In this document: positions 26,112-36,504 of the stretch, one piece after another | Position numbering within the stretch: position 1 is the stretch's first letter | Layout: each line of letters opens with the position of its first letter | DNA from: Neophaeotheca triangularis | Taxonomy: Eukaryota | DNA: 64,000 bases | Direction of reading: 5' to 3' | Assembly (NCBI GenBank): GCA_054600435.1 | Contig: BAAIJX010000043.1 | Span: forward strand, 62,001 to 126,000 | Made by a program: the position numbers and the translations under genes | Notes under the pieces: generated by a model | Told to the model about the DNA's origin: nothing | Databases searched by the model: none | What the model saw: the letters and a program-made list of their open reading frames with translations, nothing else

Positions 26112-27388
26112 ATGGCGAATCTGCTTGGTTTATTAAATCATGACCCCGTCGAAGCGTGTGGTCGACGCTATCAGAGTTTCCGACCAGACAAATATCTCTT
26201 CCCATGCGATTACGTACGTACCGCGTGCGACGATGAAGTTGCAATTCACACCACTAACGCAGCAAGCAGCCAGAAGCAGAGAGGCTGGACATGACATACA
26301 ACATCATTCACAAAGCTATCCTGAACAAATCGCCCCTAGCGCCGGCGTTGGGAAATCTGCGTGTTGCCGATGGTCCTTTGCGGATCTTGGATCTCGGGTG
26401 CGGCACTGGATTATGGTGTCTCGAGATGGCAGAGTGAGTTTCGGCGGTTCCTGGCTGGTGCAACTCATCAGCTAATGATTTGTGCAACAGGAAATACCCT
26501 GATGCTGAGGTAGGCTTCAACCAGGACAGAGCACTGTTGATCAATCACAGAATCTAACGCCCTTGGCATCAGATCTACGGTGTGGACCTAATAAACATTA
26601 CCCCTAAGAGCTGGGTCGGCAGTGAGATTCCCCGCTGTATCACATGGAACATGCCCATGGATATCGAGGACTCAAATTGGGCGCAGAAAGGCTTGCCAGA
26701 AGCATCGTTCGGCTTGATCAATCTCTCAGGTCTCAGGGGAGCCGTGGCAGACTGGCGAGCACTCTACAAGAAAGTCTACCGGTAAGGCGCGGACCCTCCC
26801 ACTGCTACTCAGCTCGAGTGTCAATTAATTGCTATATTAGACATCTCAAACCCGGGTCAGGCCAAATACAACACATCGAGGTCGACTACCAGCCGCGCGC
26901 TTCGGACCCCAACGTGCCCCCGGATACCCCTTTTCACAGATGGTGGGATCTAATGCAGGCCGCTACGAGAGAGCGACCATTGACTACGCCGTCTTTCTTC
27001 GAGCAGCGTCGATTGCTCGAGGAAGCTGGATTCGTCGACGTTCAACGTGGCACGGCTCCTATGCCATGGGAGAACAACGGGCTAAGCAACCGCGAGAAGA
27101 AGATTGGTGATTCGATGAAATGCCTGTTTGCGATAGAAGAGATTGGTTTCTTCGAAGCGATGATGCTGCTGCCGTTTACCCGCAAATTGGGCTGGCATGA
27201 GTCGCAGGTTCGCGCGTTCGCTGATGAGCTGAGGAGATATGTGTTGTACGAACGCGATTGGAGAGGCTTTTTCGAGCTGTAAGTACCTTGCTCGCAATTG
27301 CATGAATCGGGGAGCTAACTTGTCTAGCAACATTTACACTGCGAGAAGACCTGGCTTTGGGGAACCGGGACCGCCAGACCGAAGGTAA
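26112..27388 (+). CDS. laeA: LaeA-type SAM-dependent methyltransferase; exons 26112-26213, 26270-26433, 26491-26509, 26573-26781, 26841-27278, 27328-27388
   Basis: Spliced protein reads GRRYQSFRPDKYLFPCD|PEAERLD..RILDLGCGTGLW..HLKPGSGQIQHIEVDYQPR..LEEAGFVDV..PFTRKLGW..LNIYTARRP, matching the LaeA motif order. Five canonical introns. Ortholog versus LaeA-like paralog needs a phylogeny; the start codon is less certain. Confidence 0.8.
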
Positions 27389-29054
27389 AGACTCCCTTCC
27401 GATGAGGCCGAAACTTCATCTGCTGATCACTTGAAAAGAAACGAAGGTGATGATTCAGGTCCCACCGGCCCTGCCCTCTGATTCCTCGCAAACCCTTACG
27501 CCTTCCTCGCGCACCTTGGCATGGATCACGAACACCTTGAAGGCGTTTATTACTGCACCGACAACTACGAAAAACGAGATTTCAGCATCGGCGCTAGGTG
27601 TTTTACTGGGGGTTGTTTTCTGGACTTCAGCGCGATATCACCGGGGACAAGCAATCAGAGCTTACCTGACATTCTGCACCTTAGCAACGGCGCATTGGGG
27701 GTGTGGTACGTTGTAAGAGTTACTCATTTCGGAGCTCTGAAATACAGTATCTGAGCAGTCCCTTTTTCTTTCATGTTTCGAAACTGGGCTTTTCTCTCTT
27801 CTAGCAAGTGAAAACGATTCGTAATCATGCGCACAACGCCTGGGCCTAGGTTGTTGAAGGAAGGGAGGCGATGTCGCTCTTTTGCTCTACTCTATTTCCG
27901 CTCTAACTTTCCTCGAGACATTGCACTCGAACCCGCTCACCAACGACAGCGCCGGTGCCTATACGCTCATTCCGTGAAAGGCATCATCCTTGGCAGTGCG
28001 CTCTGCAGCGCAATTCCAGCCTTTTACCGCAGATCCTCATGAATTTTTGACGTGGCTCACATACTCCGCTTTCACCTGCGCGTGGCAGCGACTTTCATGC
28101 CGGATCTCGACTGGCTTTGCCCGGAGTGCGATGCCAGTCTTCTGTCCCTAATGTTGAGTCTCTCCTCCAACAGCACTGCGCAGTATTCGAATGCGAGGGC
28201 AAGGAGGGCAAGTCGATGCCGGGCAGCGATGGCACAAAGCTCTTTAACCCGGCCCTTGCCGTGGCCCCAGCTATGTCGCCGGAAGTGCTTCGATGGTCCA
28301 AGGGCCCAACAGGACTATGATGTGGATGTGGATGTCGAAATGCTGTTGGACTCGCTGGCACGCGAAGGGCAATTGGAGACGGCTCGTGGCGATTTGCTCG
28401 AGGCGGGATCTTCGATGTCGCTCATGCACTCGTGGGGATCGATACGAGCTGGACCAGGGTAATGAGTGAGACCTCTGGGTGTTTCGAAATGGGGTGGTTT
28501 AGAAACGAGCGTGACTGCAGCAACAGTACTAGACATCATTTATCATTGATTGGGATGGTTGGTCGCCATAGCGAATGCAACGGTGCAGGGTTAGGACGGA
28601 ATTGGAGAACAGCTTCTCAACCTATGCCGTTAGAACATTACTGAATTGTCAACCCCAAACAAAGCATGTGTTGACGACTTTGCCTATAGTAGCCGAGACG
28701 TGCATGTAACAGTCTAGTCGTCTTGATGTTGGGTAGAACAGTGGCATCCCGTGCAACTCAAACCCTCACCCTGGATATATTTGTGAAGCCGCGACTGGAA
28801 TGACCCATGCCATGCTCAATGCTACCTTACTGAAGCCCAGCCGATTGAGGGATGCAAGGTACGCAACTCCTGTATGGACGAATATCCACTCACTTCATTA
28901 CACCTGCGCACAATTCGAGGAACGTATCGAGTGAATAAAAGCTGGACCACACCCGTTACCTCCTAATCGCATGGTCTACTGGCGGAGGAGCTGTTCTCTA
29001 CCGATGCTGCACTAAGCAGACCGCTCACATCTACCAACTCTTCCCCACCTGAAA

Positions 29055-29918
29055 ATGGCCGCCTCCATAACGAGGCAGACAGGATTCAAGATGCCCATAT
29101 CCACGGGTGCAGTACAGAAAGCAACGTTCCGTACCCTTGCGAGACCGAAAGCGAGCTTTTTCACTTCCCATCAACGCCCTTCCACAGCCAAAGGCTCGAT
29201 ACCATCCCGCGCCACCAGCATCTTCCGTCGCAGATACGGGTCCTCTGGCTATTCCGACCAGGGCGTCAGCATCATGAGCATCGCTTGGGGCATCATCGGC
29301 GTCAACACGGCCATCTTCGGCGGCTGGCAATATGCAAAATCGACGAGTGAGCGCAACCTCGCCGAAAAACTCTTCCGCAACACCTTCACGTCGACCGAGC
29401 ACGTCGCCTCCGGGCTGTGGCACACTCTACTCACCTGTGCCTTCACGCACGTAGCGCCGCAACACTTCCTGTTCAACATGGTATCCTTCCACGCCTTCGC
29501 CAGCATCCTGTCCCGCGTCCCCGGCGTGCGAGCGGGCCACTTCGTCGCCGTGGTATTGGGGAGCGCCGTCACGGCATCGGCCAGCTGGCTCTATCACTCA
29601 TCGCGACAGCGCAGCGGCCGCCAGAGCTACCGCCGCGACGTCTCGTGCGGCGCCAGCGGCATCGTCATGGGTTTAGCGGCGACAGCCACCTGCTTGGTGC
29701 CCATGTCGCCCATGCTACTGTTCGTAATTCCCATGCCCTTGTGGGTCATGACGGGGCTGTACTTCGCCGCCGACACTTTCTTCCTCAACAGTGAGGGCAG
29801 CAGGGTCGGGCATGCGGCGCATTTGGGTGGCGCGGCGTTTGGGGGGCTTTTCTACCTCGCCATGTTGAGGCGTCTGCCCATGGGCGTCTGGCCTATGATC
29901 ACGCGGAAAATGCGTTGA
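29055..29918 (+). CDS. Rhomboid-family intramembrane serine protease, probably mitochondrial (PARL/Pcp1-like)
   Basis: R/S/T-rich presequence-like N-terminus, AFTH..HFLFNM, catalytic GASG and HAAHLGG, several hydrophobic segments. Confidence 0.85.
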   Translation: MAASITRQTGFKMPISTGAVQKATFRTLARPKASFFTSHQRPSTAKGSIPSRATSIFRRRYGSSGYSDQGVSIMSIAWGIIGVNTAIFGGWQYAKSTSERNLAEKLFRNTFTSTEHVASGLWHTLLTCAFTHVAPQHFLFNMVSFHAFASILSRVPGVRAGHFVAVVLGSAVTASASWLYHSSRQRSGRQSYRRDVSCGASGIVMGLAATATCLVPMSPMLLFVIPMPLWVMTGLYFAADTFFLNSEGSRVGHAAHLGGAAFGGLFYLAMLRRLPMGVWPMITRKMR

Positions 29919-30790
29919 ATTGGCTTCCGGGGATGAACGGGCAGCAGATAGTTTTGCCATGCTCTCGTGGCAGCGTAGCGAGCATGAGGACTACAGAGCG
30001 TGAAGAGCGGTTAGCAGCATCAGCGACACAGTGACCGCGAGCGTTCATTGCTGACTATTCGATAGCCCATGGTCATGTGCTGCTTTCCCTTGTCACTCAT
30101 GAGCTAATGCCGTGCCTCTGCTGTATGTGACGGTGAAGGGTACGTTAAAGCAGTAAGGCAGGGACATAGGTGCCTAAGTTTAAAGATGATCAGATCAACT
30201 GAAACTACCTCCAGCGAGACCCCATCTTTTCGACCTAGTGCTTTGTACTATCACTATACATGTATCTTTACACCATGAAATAAGATAGTAGGGAAGACGC
30301 AGAGCGCGGGGCTAAAGTAGAGATTGGAGATACTGAGCTGGTCTGGGAAGGGACTTCGGCTTCCTCGTCGCCTTGCTCGACGTGCCATCACTCTCGTCCT
30401 GGTCAAATTGTCAACTCTGATCTTACATACACGCGCTCTGCGCACACTTGTTTACCGGACTGATGTAAGAGAGGTACTAGGCAGCAAGACCTTGAGCCCC
30501 CATGTCAATTTTTCATTATGTATGCTACAGCATCATGAGAAGCATTCTTTCCAACCGCGCCAAGTTATGCAAATGACTCCATCCGTATCTTGCCATCTTA
30601 CCCGCAGACTCCGCCGCTACGCCGAGCAAATAGCCACGTTTACGACTGCAAAGAAACTCCTCCGGTGAATCAGTAGAAACCGAGCAGCTTGCTTGTAGAT
30701 TTTCAATACCGGCATCGCCTGGACTGGCGTCGCTTCGCAACTACCACGCTTTTCGGGGCGGCTCGAACCCTCTCTATTTTGACCACTCCT

Positions 30791-32558
30791 TCACCACTCA
30801 AACTCACCCTGGGCTTTGTGGAACAAGTACTCCTTGCCGCCAGTGTAGAGTACGCCGTCCTTGAGAGTGCACTTCCACTTGTTTTTGACGCGCTGGACTT
30901 TGTCGTAAGTGCAGAGGACGCTGTCTCCCATGTCGTCGTCGTCTTCTCCAGCAGGACCTTGGTCGTCATCCGAGTCGTCGAGGTCAGAATTGATGGCGTC
31001 CTCATCATCCTCGTCCTTGACATCGCCGTTGCCATCACCATCAGCATCGCCGTCCAACTGCGGAATCTGTGGTATCGACGCAGGGGCAACAGGCGCTAAA
31101 ACGGTGGAAGCCGAGGTCTTCACCTTGCGCTTCCTGGGAGCCTGCTCGTCGAGAGGCACCATCAGGCCGCTTTGCAGCTCAGACGACATCTCGTCGACAC
31201 GGTCACGCATCATACGATCGGCATGATGGCCTTGCTCCGCGTGCTTTGCGCGCCTCTCAGCTAGAGCAGCCTTCCAGTCCTCCAGACCCTCGTCCGCTCC
31301 ATCGGTTTGAGAGTAAGAAGGGCCCTGTTGATGCTGCTGCTGCTGCTGTTGCGGAAACTGACCTTGGCTGGCCTGAGGGCTGTTATTCTCGACCTTGACG
31401 CGAGGTTGCTGCTGTTGTTGGGCCAAAGCTTGCTGCTGACGCTGCTGCAAATTCTGCTGCTGTTGCTGCTGGTGGTCGTACTGGGCTTGCAGCTGCTGGG
31501 TGTTGGAAGGGGGAAGCTGCAGACCCTGTGGCTTATTGTTTTGTTGGCCAGGAAGGGCAATACCTTGGTTACGTTGTTGCATAGCCTGGACCGAAGCGTT
31601 GGAAGCGCTCCCGTACTGTTGTTGGAGAAGTTGTTGCGCACGAACAGCGCCGCCTTGTGGAGGAGGTTCGGAATACCCGTTCATCGACATGCCGCTGTAC
31701 TGGCCTTCGGCTCCGGGCTCCGTTTTGATCGATTGGTTGCCGTTACCTTGACCTCCTTGTTGATCATAGGACTGGTGCGATTGCTGCGGAAGACCGTTGA
31801 CGCCGTTCTGGACAGAAGACGCCGCTGGGTTCGTCGGCTGCTGAACCGGGACTGGCTTTGGGTCCCAAGGCATGTGGGCAACACCACGGGCAGAGAGTTT
31901 TTGCTGCCATCCCTGGAAGAATCACAGTCAGTACGACGAGCATTTTCAAAGAAGAAGGAAGTATGTGGGTAAACGTAAAGCGCGTGGATGTATGTTCGGG
32001 GACAGAGCGTTTCGTGAAGGGCAAGCCGCCAAGCAATATCGCTACGACTGACGGATGACTTGCTCCATCGAGTCAAGCGCGGAGGATAGAGGTGGGGCTT
32101 AGACGCTGGGCCGCCATGGGCGCGTATAAGACAAGGACCAAAACAGTCGGCTTCCTTAAGCCCCGCTTCTGCCCGCCCATCGCCCATCGGCTTTTCAGCT
32201 GCGCTGCGCTGCGCTGTTGCTGAGAGCCAGAGGGCAGACAGGCACGTATGGACAACCACCTTTCCTATGGGTTCTGGAAGATTGTGGCGTAGAGCGAAGG
32301 GAAGGGAAGGACACCACCTGAGGGGAAAGAAAGAGGAGACATACCTGTTGCAAGTCCGCGAGAGTCTGCTGCCCAACACCGCTTTCCTCGAAGTCATTCG
32401 TCGACGCCGCGACGACCTCCTCTATGATCTTCTGGAACACATCGCCCTGCAAAAGAATGTCAGCTTTCTGGTGCTTGTGAAGTCTGCCGTTCACGTCTCC
32501 ACGTGAATCGAACGCAGGGGCCGCGGTAGTCTTGACTTACCACCAGATGGTTCGTCAT
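30791..32558 (-). CDS. TOA1: Transcription factor IIA large (alpha/beta) subunit; exons 32558-32541, 32446-32345, 31912-30791
   Basis: N-terminal MTNHLV|GDVFQKIIEEVV..LADLQQ|GWQQKL, Q-rich linker, and C-terminal INSDLDD..LCTYDKVQRVKNKWKCTLKDGV..KAQGEFEW. Confidence 0.95.
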
Positions 32559-33137
32559 GTTGAGTGACGGCTCTTCGGGGTAGACGCCTGTGTCGGTGAT
32601 ACAACCAGGGCAATAAGCGGCGAAGGTGCCGAAGGATCAATAATGTGAGTGGATGTCGAGGAAGCTCCCTGGCGGCGTTGGTGCAAGTGAGAGTTGAGGG
32701 CTTGGTCGCGTGTGTCGCCTTCAGGCACTCCGTCGTCCAGCTACAGGGGCTCGGTACTAGTTATGCTTTCACTCGTATGCTATTTCACTCCAAATATCGT
32801 ATCCTCGCGACTTCGGCTGTGTTCGCTGGCGCTGTTCGTAGTTTGGCTGTTTGCGCCGCGAGTTGTCACTGGTGAAGTACAGCGGGCCCTGGCGGGCTTT
32901 GGAGATGCCGCCAGATAACTCTTGGCGTTTTGCTTAGTCACGTGTGTCTCAGTCGGCACCTCATTCACATGGACATAACGGAAGGTATCGACTAAGGACA
33001 TTCACTTGCCCATCTTGGCGATGAAAGGATGGAGAAATGGGAATCAAGATGGCTCACTCTTAGCGCGTGCCATAAGCAATGAAGATCCTGCAAATCTGTA
33101 GCAAAAATTACCGCCTCAGAACCGTACGCTCGATGTC

Positions 33138-34858
33138 TCACCCAACCCAACCTTTTTTCTCGTCCTTTCTGATATCATCATCATCTGCGACCGGTGGAGG
33201 TGCATAGTCCGGTCTCGGCGCATCGATAGGCGCCACATCATCAGCAACAGCGTCCTCATAACTTGGCGGTGCATCGGGATACAGCGGTGGTTGCTGCGCG
33301 GAAGTTGAAGCGGCCGCAGTAGCAGCCGAAGAACTTTCCTCTCCTGCAGGCTGAGCCGGCGTGGGCTTGTCGACCTTTTCAGGAGGACGGGCCTCGGCTG
33401 GGGGTTGGGCTGGTGGTCCAGCGGCAGCGGCATTCTGGCCCTGCGCGCGACGTTCCATTGCTGCAAGGAGGCTGGCTGGCGGTGCGATGCCTGAATAGAC
33501 TTGGGTATCGAGACGGAGGGGCAGGATGATTGTTTGAGGAACCTGTAACAAGTCAGTACTAATTCTATCTTGGTTCGCGCTCAGACATTGATGTTAAAGG
33601 CTGCATACGCTCAGAGTCTTGTCGCCATAGCTCAGTCCAATCTTGACATCCAAGGCATAGCTCCGCTGGATATTACAGGTGACAAAGGAAGGGGCCACCG
33701 TGTTTGGTAGATTTTGTCCTTTCCACAATCTCTCGTCCACCACAGTCTCGGTGCCCTCTGGGTTCGTGGGCGATAGTAGAAGTGTCTTCATGTTGCTCTT
33801 GGTGACAAAGACCCAACTGTTGTTCTCTGTGCGAAACACATCATGTGCTTTTATCTTCGTAGTACCGATAAGTGAGATCTCTATGGACCGAAGGTAGACC
33901 TCTTCGGCAGACGAGTTGAGTTTCTTCACCAGTACCCGAAGAGGCAGGTCTCTATTACAGGTCAAGATTGCAGGTTCCGGTAATCTTGCATCGACGCTGA
34001 CGAAAGGGGCGTCGCCAGGCTTGATATCTTTCGTGGACGAGTCTTTTCGTCCGAGATTTCCAAGACTGCCGAAGACGGATTGTTTCTTGGGCGCCGAGAC
34101 ACCAGTAGCAAAAGCATGCTTCTGTCTCCCATAGACCTCGGATCCTGATGCAGGCGGCCGTGGAGGCTCGATGGGAAGAAATTGGAAAGGCGTAAAAGCG
34201 CGTGCATTCTCTTGGAAGAAAGACTTCCGCTGAACAGTGACTTTCACGAAATACCTTATCTCAGCCTCTCCAGGAAAGCCGGTCAGGGTCGGGGGGAGTG
34301 TCTTTCGGACGTGCTGTGTAGGTGCTTTGGCGACCTCCAGACCCATTCCAGATACGCCAAATGTCGGCATCATGCCCTTTTGTTGGGAACACTCATTGTT
34401 GAACGGTAGCTGGCCAGGTAGGTCAGCAATCGCGGAGTTGTACGGCTAAGTACGAGCAGGTCTACCTTGAAGCGGAATGGAAATTCATGTTGACCAGCTT
34501 GGAGAGTGTACGATGACTTGCTTATCCCAGGGATCCGACCCTCTTGGATCTCTTGGGGAGGGAAGACTGTCTGTAGTTTGTAGAGAATCTGAGATGCGTT
34601 TTAGCCACGTACGACTGGGAGCGTCAAGCAACCGCAGGAGGTTCCACCTACTTTGTGGTACTCTAGTTGAGGCTTTGGTCTTTCGCCGTTGACACCTGGT
34701 GGACTCAACAATCTCGTCCGACTCTCGCCTTCCAGCTTGACCACAACGGCCGTGACATCTGCAGGTCGCGCGTTGCGAACAAGGATCCGGCCAGTGATCT
34801 CGTCAAGATTCGTGAAGCTGACATTGCCCGCCTGGTCAAGCGAAACGGAGGCGTCCAT
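33138..34858 (-). CDS. Alpha-arrestin-like protein with C-terminal PY motifs; exons 34858-34652, 34588-34466, 34409-33609, 33542-33138
   Basis: FTNLDEITG..VKLEGESRT, YTLQAGQHEFPFRFK|LP, LPPTL..AEIRYFVKVTVQR and PSFVTCNIQRSY, with PPLY and PPSY near the C-terminus. Three canonical introns. Confidence 0.85.
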
Positions 34859-35443
34859 AAGGCCCGTTGGCGATAAACTTTGCAGTCCCACTAGATGCTT
34901 CCAAGTTTACGTTAATGTGGTCGGCTTCCCAAGTTTGAGGTCTGTTGCTCAAAAGCAAATGATTATGAATATGTCTGCCTTGGCAGTGATGTCTGCAAGA
35001 TGTGGGAAGTGTTGGCAAGAACGAAGCTAGGAGGTAGGATTACCTAGGTACACCCCAAGACAGGAGAACTACAAACATAGATTAAATGTCTGTCAAACCC
35101 AAGGCCAGCGTACACGAATGGCGTTGCAACATTGTAAGACGAAGTAGGAGAGCTAATAGTGCACTGAAGGCATGAATTCTTTTGACCAATTCGTCTACGG
35201 TCTCATTTCCAAGCACACCTCGGAAACGAGCAACACATGAGATAGGGTTGGCCAAAACCAGATGCGAACCATGTTTGAGAACACAGAGGTACCACCCACA
35301 CTTTTTAACGATGCACAGTACTTCCAGAGCAATCTCGGTGAGTCTACGTTGCCTTGTCTACTGGCCTGTGAACCCTCGAAAGCGCCAAACACCCTTCCCC
35401 CTCACGGGCCCCTGCTATATACAGCATTCCGGCAAAGGTACCC

Positions 35444-36138
35444 TCACAAACCCTTAGCAAGAGTCTCGTCCTCAGTCATCCTCGCGCGCGGCGCTTTGGG
35501 ACCTCCCAATTCCTTCTCAAGCCCGCCCGGGAAAGTCCTGGGTACAGTTGGCTAAAAAGAAAGTCAGCGTCCTTTCAATGAGAAGCGCGTAGCGAGCCAA
35601 AGATTTGCATCTTTGAAACCCTCCGGGTATACCCTACCGTATCCGGGTAGAATCTGTAGACCACCGCGCACATCCCAGCAAATGTAGCAATGAAGCAGCC
35701 CTGTTTTGTCTCAGCATGCGCCTTGCATGTTCGCAGGCTTGTTCTTCATACCATGAGAACGCCTCCGAAGCCGGGAGTGTAGTGTGTGTATGCTTCTGGC
35801 GAAAAGATACCCAAGACATCGTTGTCTTCGTGAACGGGCTCTCCATAGTTCCGGCGCTCTTGCGGGTCCCACCATCCGGCGTAGGGGTCGCGGAACTGCC
35901 TCTTGATAGGCAAAGCAGATGTAAGGCTGGGGTCTGGGTAGTTGCCGTTCATATTTGGGTCGTCGCCAGAGAGATCCTCGCTCCCCTGCTCGGCCTGTTC
36001 AGGGCTCTTGGTGTCGTCGGCGGGCCTGGAGACTGCGGAAGCATAGCTGCGCTGAACGAGAGGCGCGATCCTGGAAGGTTGAGAAGTTCGGAGGAACTGT
36101 GCGCGAGGCGCTTGTCGGAGGGTACGTAGGAGAGTCAT
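35444..36138 (-). CDS. NDUFB8: NADH:ubiquinone oxidoreductase accessory subunit NDUFB8/ASHI; exons 36138-35752, 35700-35638, 35551-35444
   Basis: Mitochondrial presequence, DPNMNGNYP..RQFRDPYAGWWDPQERRNYGEPVHED, one TM segment and PTVPRTFPGGLEKELGG. Confidence 0.9.
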
Positions 36139-36504
36139 GGTGGGGGGCGGTGGTTGTGGAAGTGAGGTACCCAATGGCTCTCTCTCGCAGGAAGGCGTGT
36201 ATGAGGGCGGGCGGGCATAGAGAGTTGATGCCTGACTTGTACACTTCCTGCCTTAACAGCGGCCACGGCCCGCGCAGCTCGCTTGACTTACGTAGCTGGT
36301 TGGAAGTCGGGCTTGCACGCTGCCTCTGACACAAACGCGACAAGAATCTTCAACGCCCTTTGACGCACGACACGGACGAGTTTACGCGAGAAAAACCCCA
36401 CCACGCTGATCAGCGGCCGACAAAGCACATATCAGTGTAGACTCTCGGAAAGCACAGCGCCGTCGTGTGATGAAAGAGGGGGGTCCGGTTGTTAGACGGG
36501 CTTG

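Noticed and set aside
27447..27754. Short + strand ORFs right after laeA
   Set aside because: Probably 3' UTR; no homology evidence visible.
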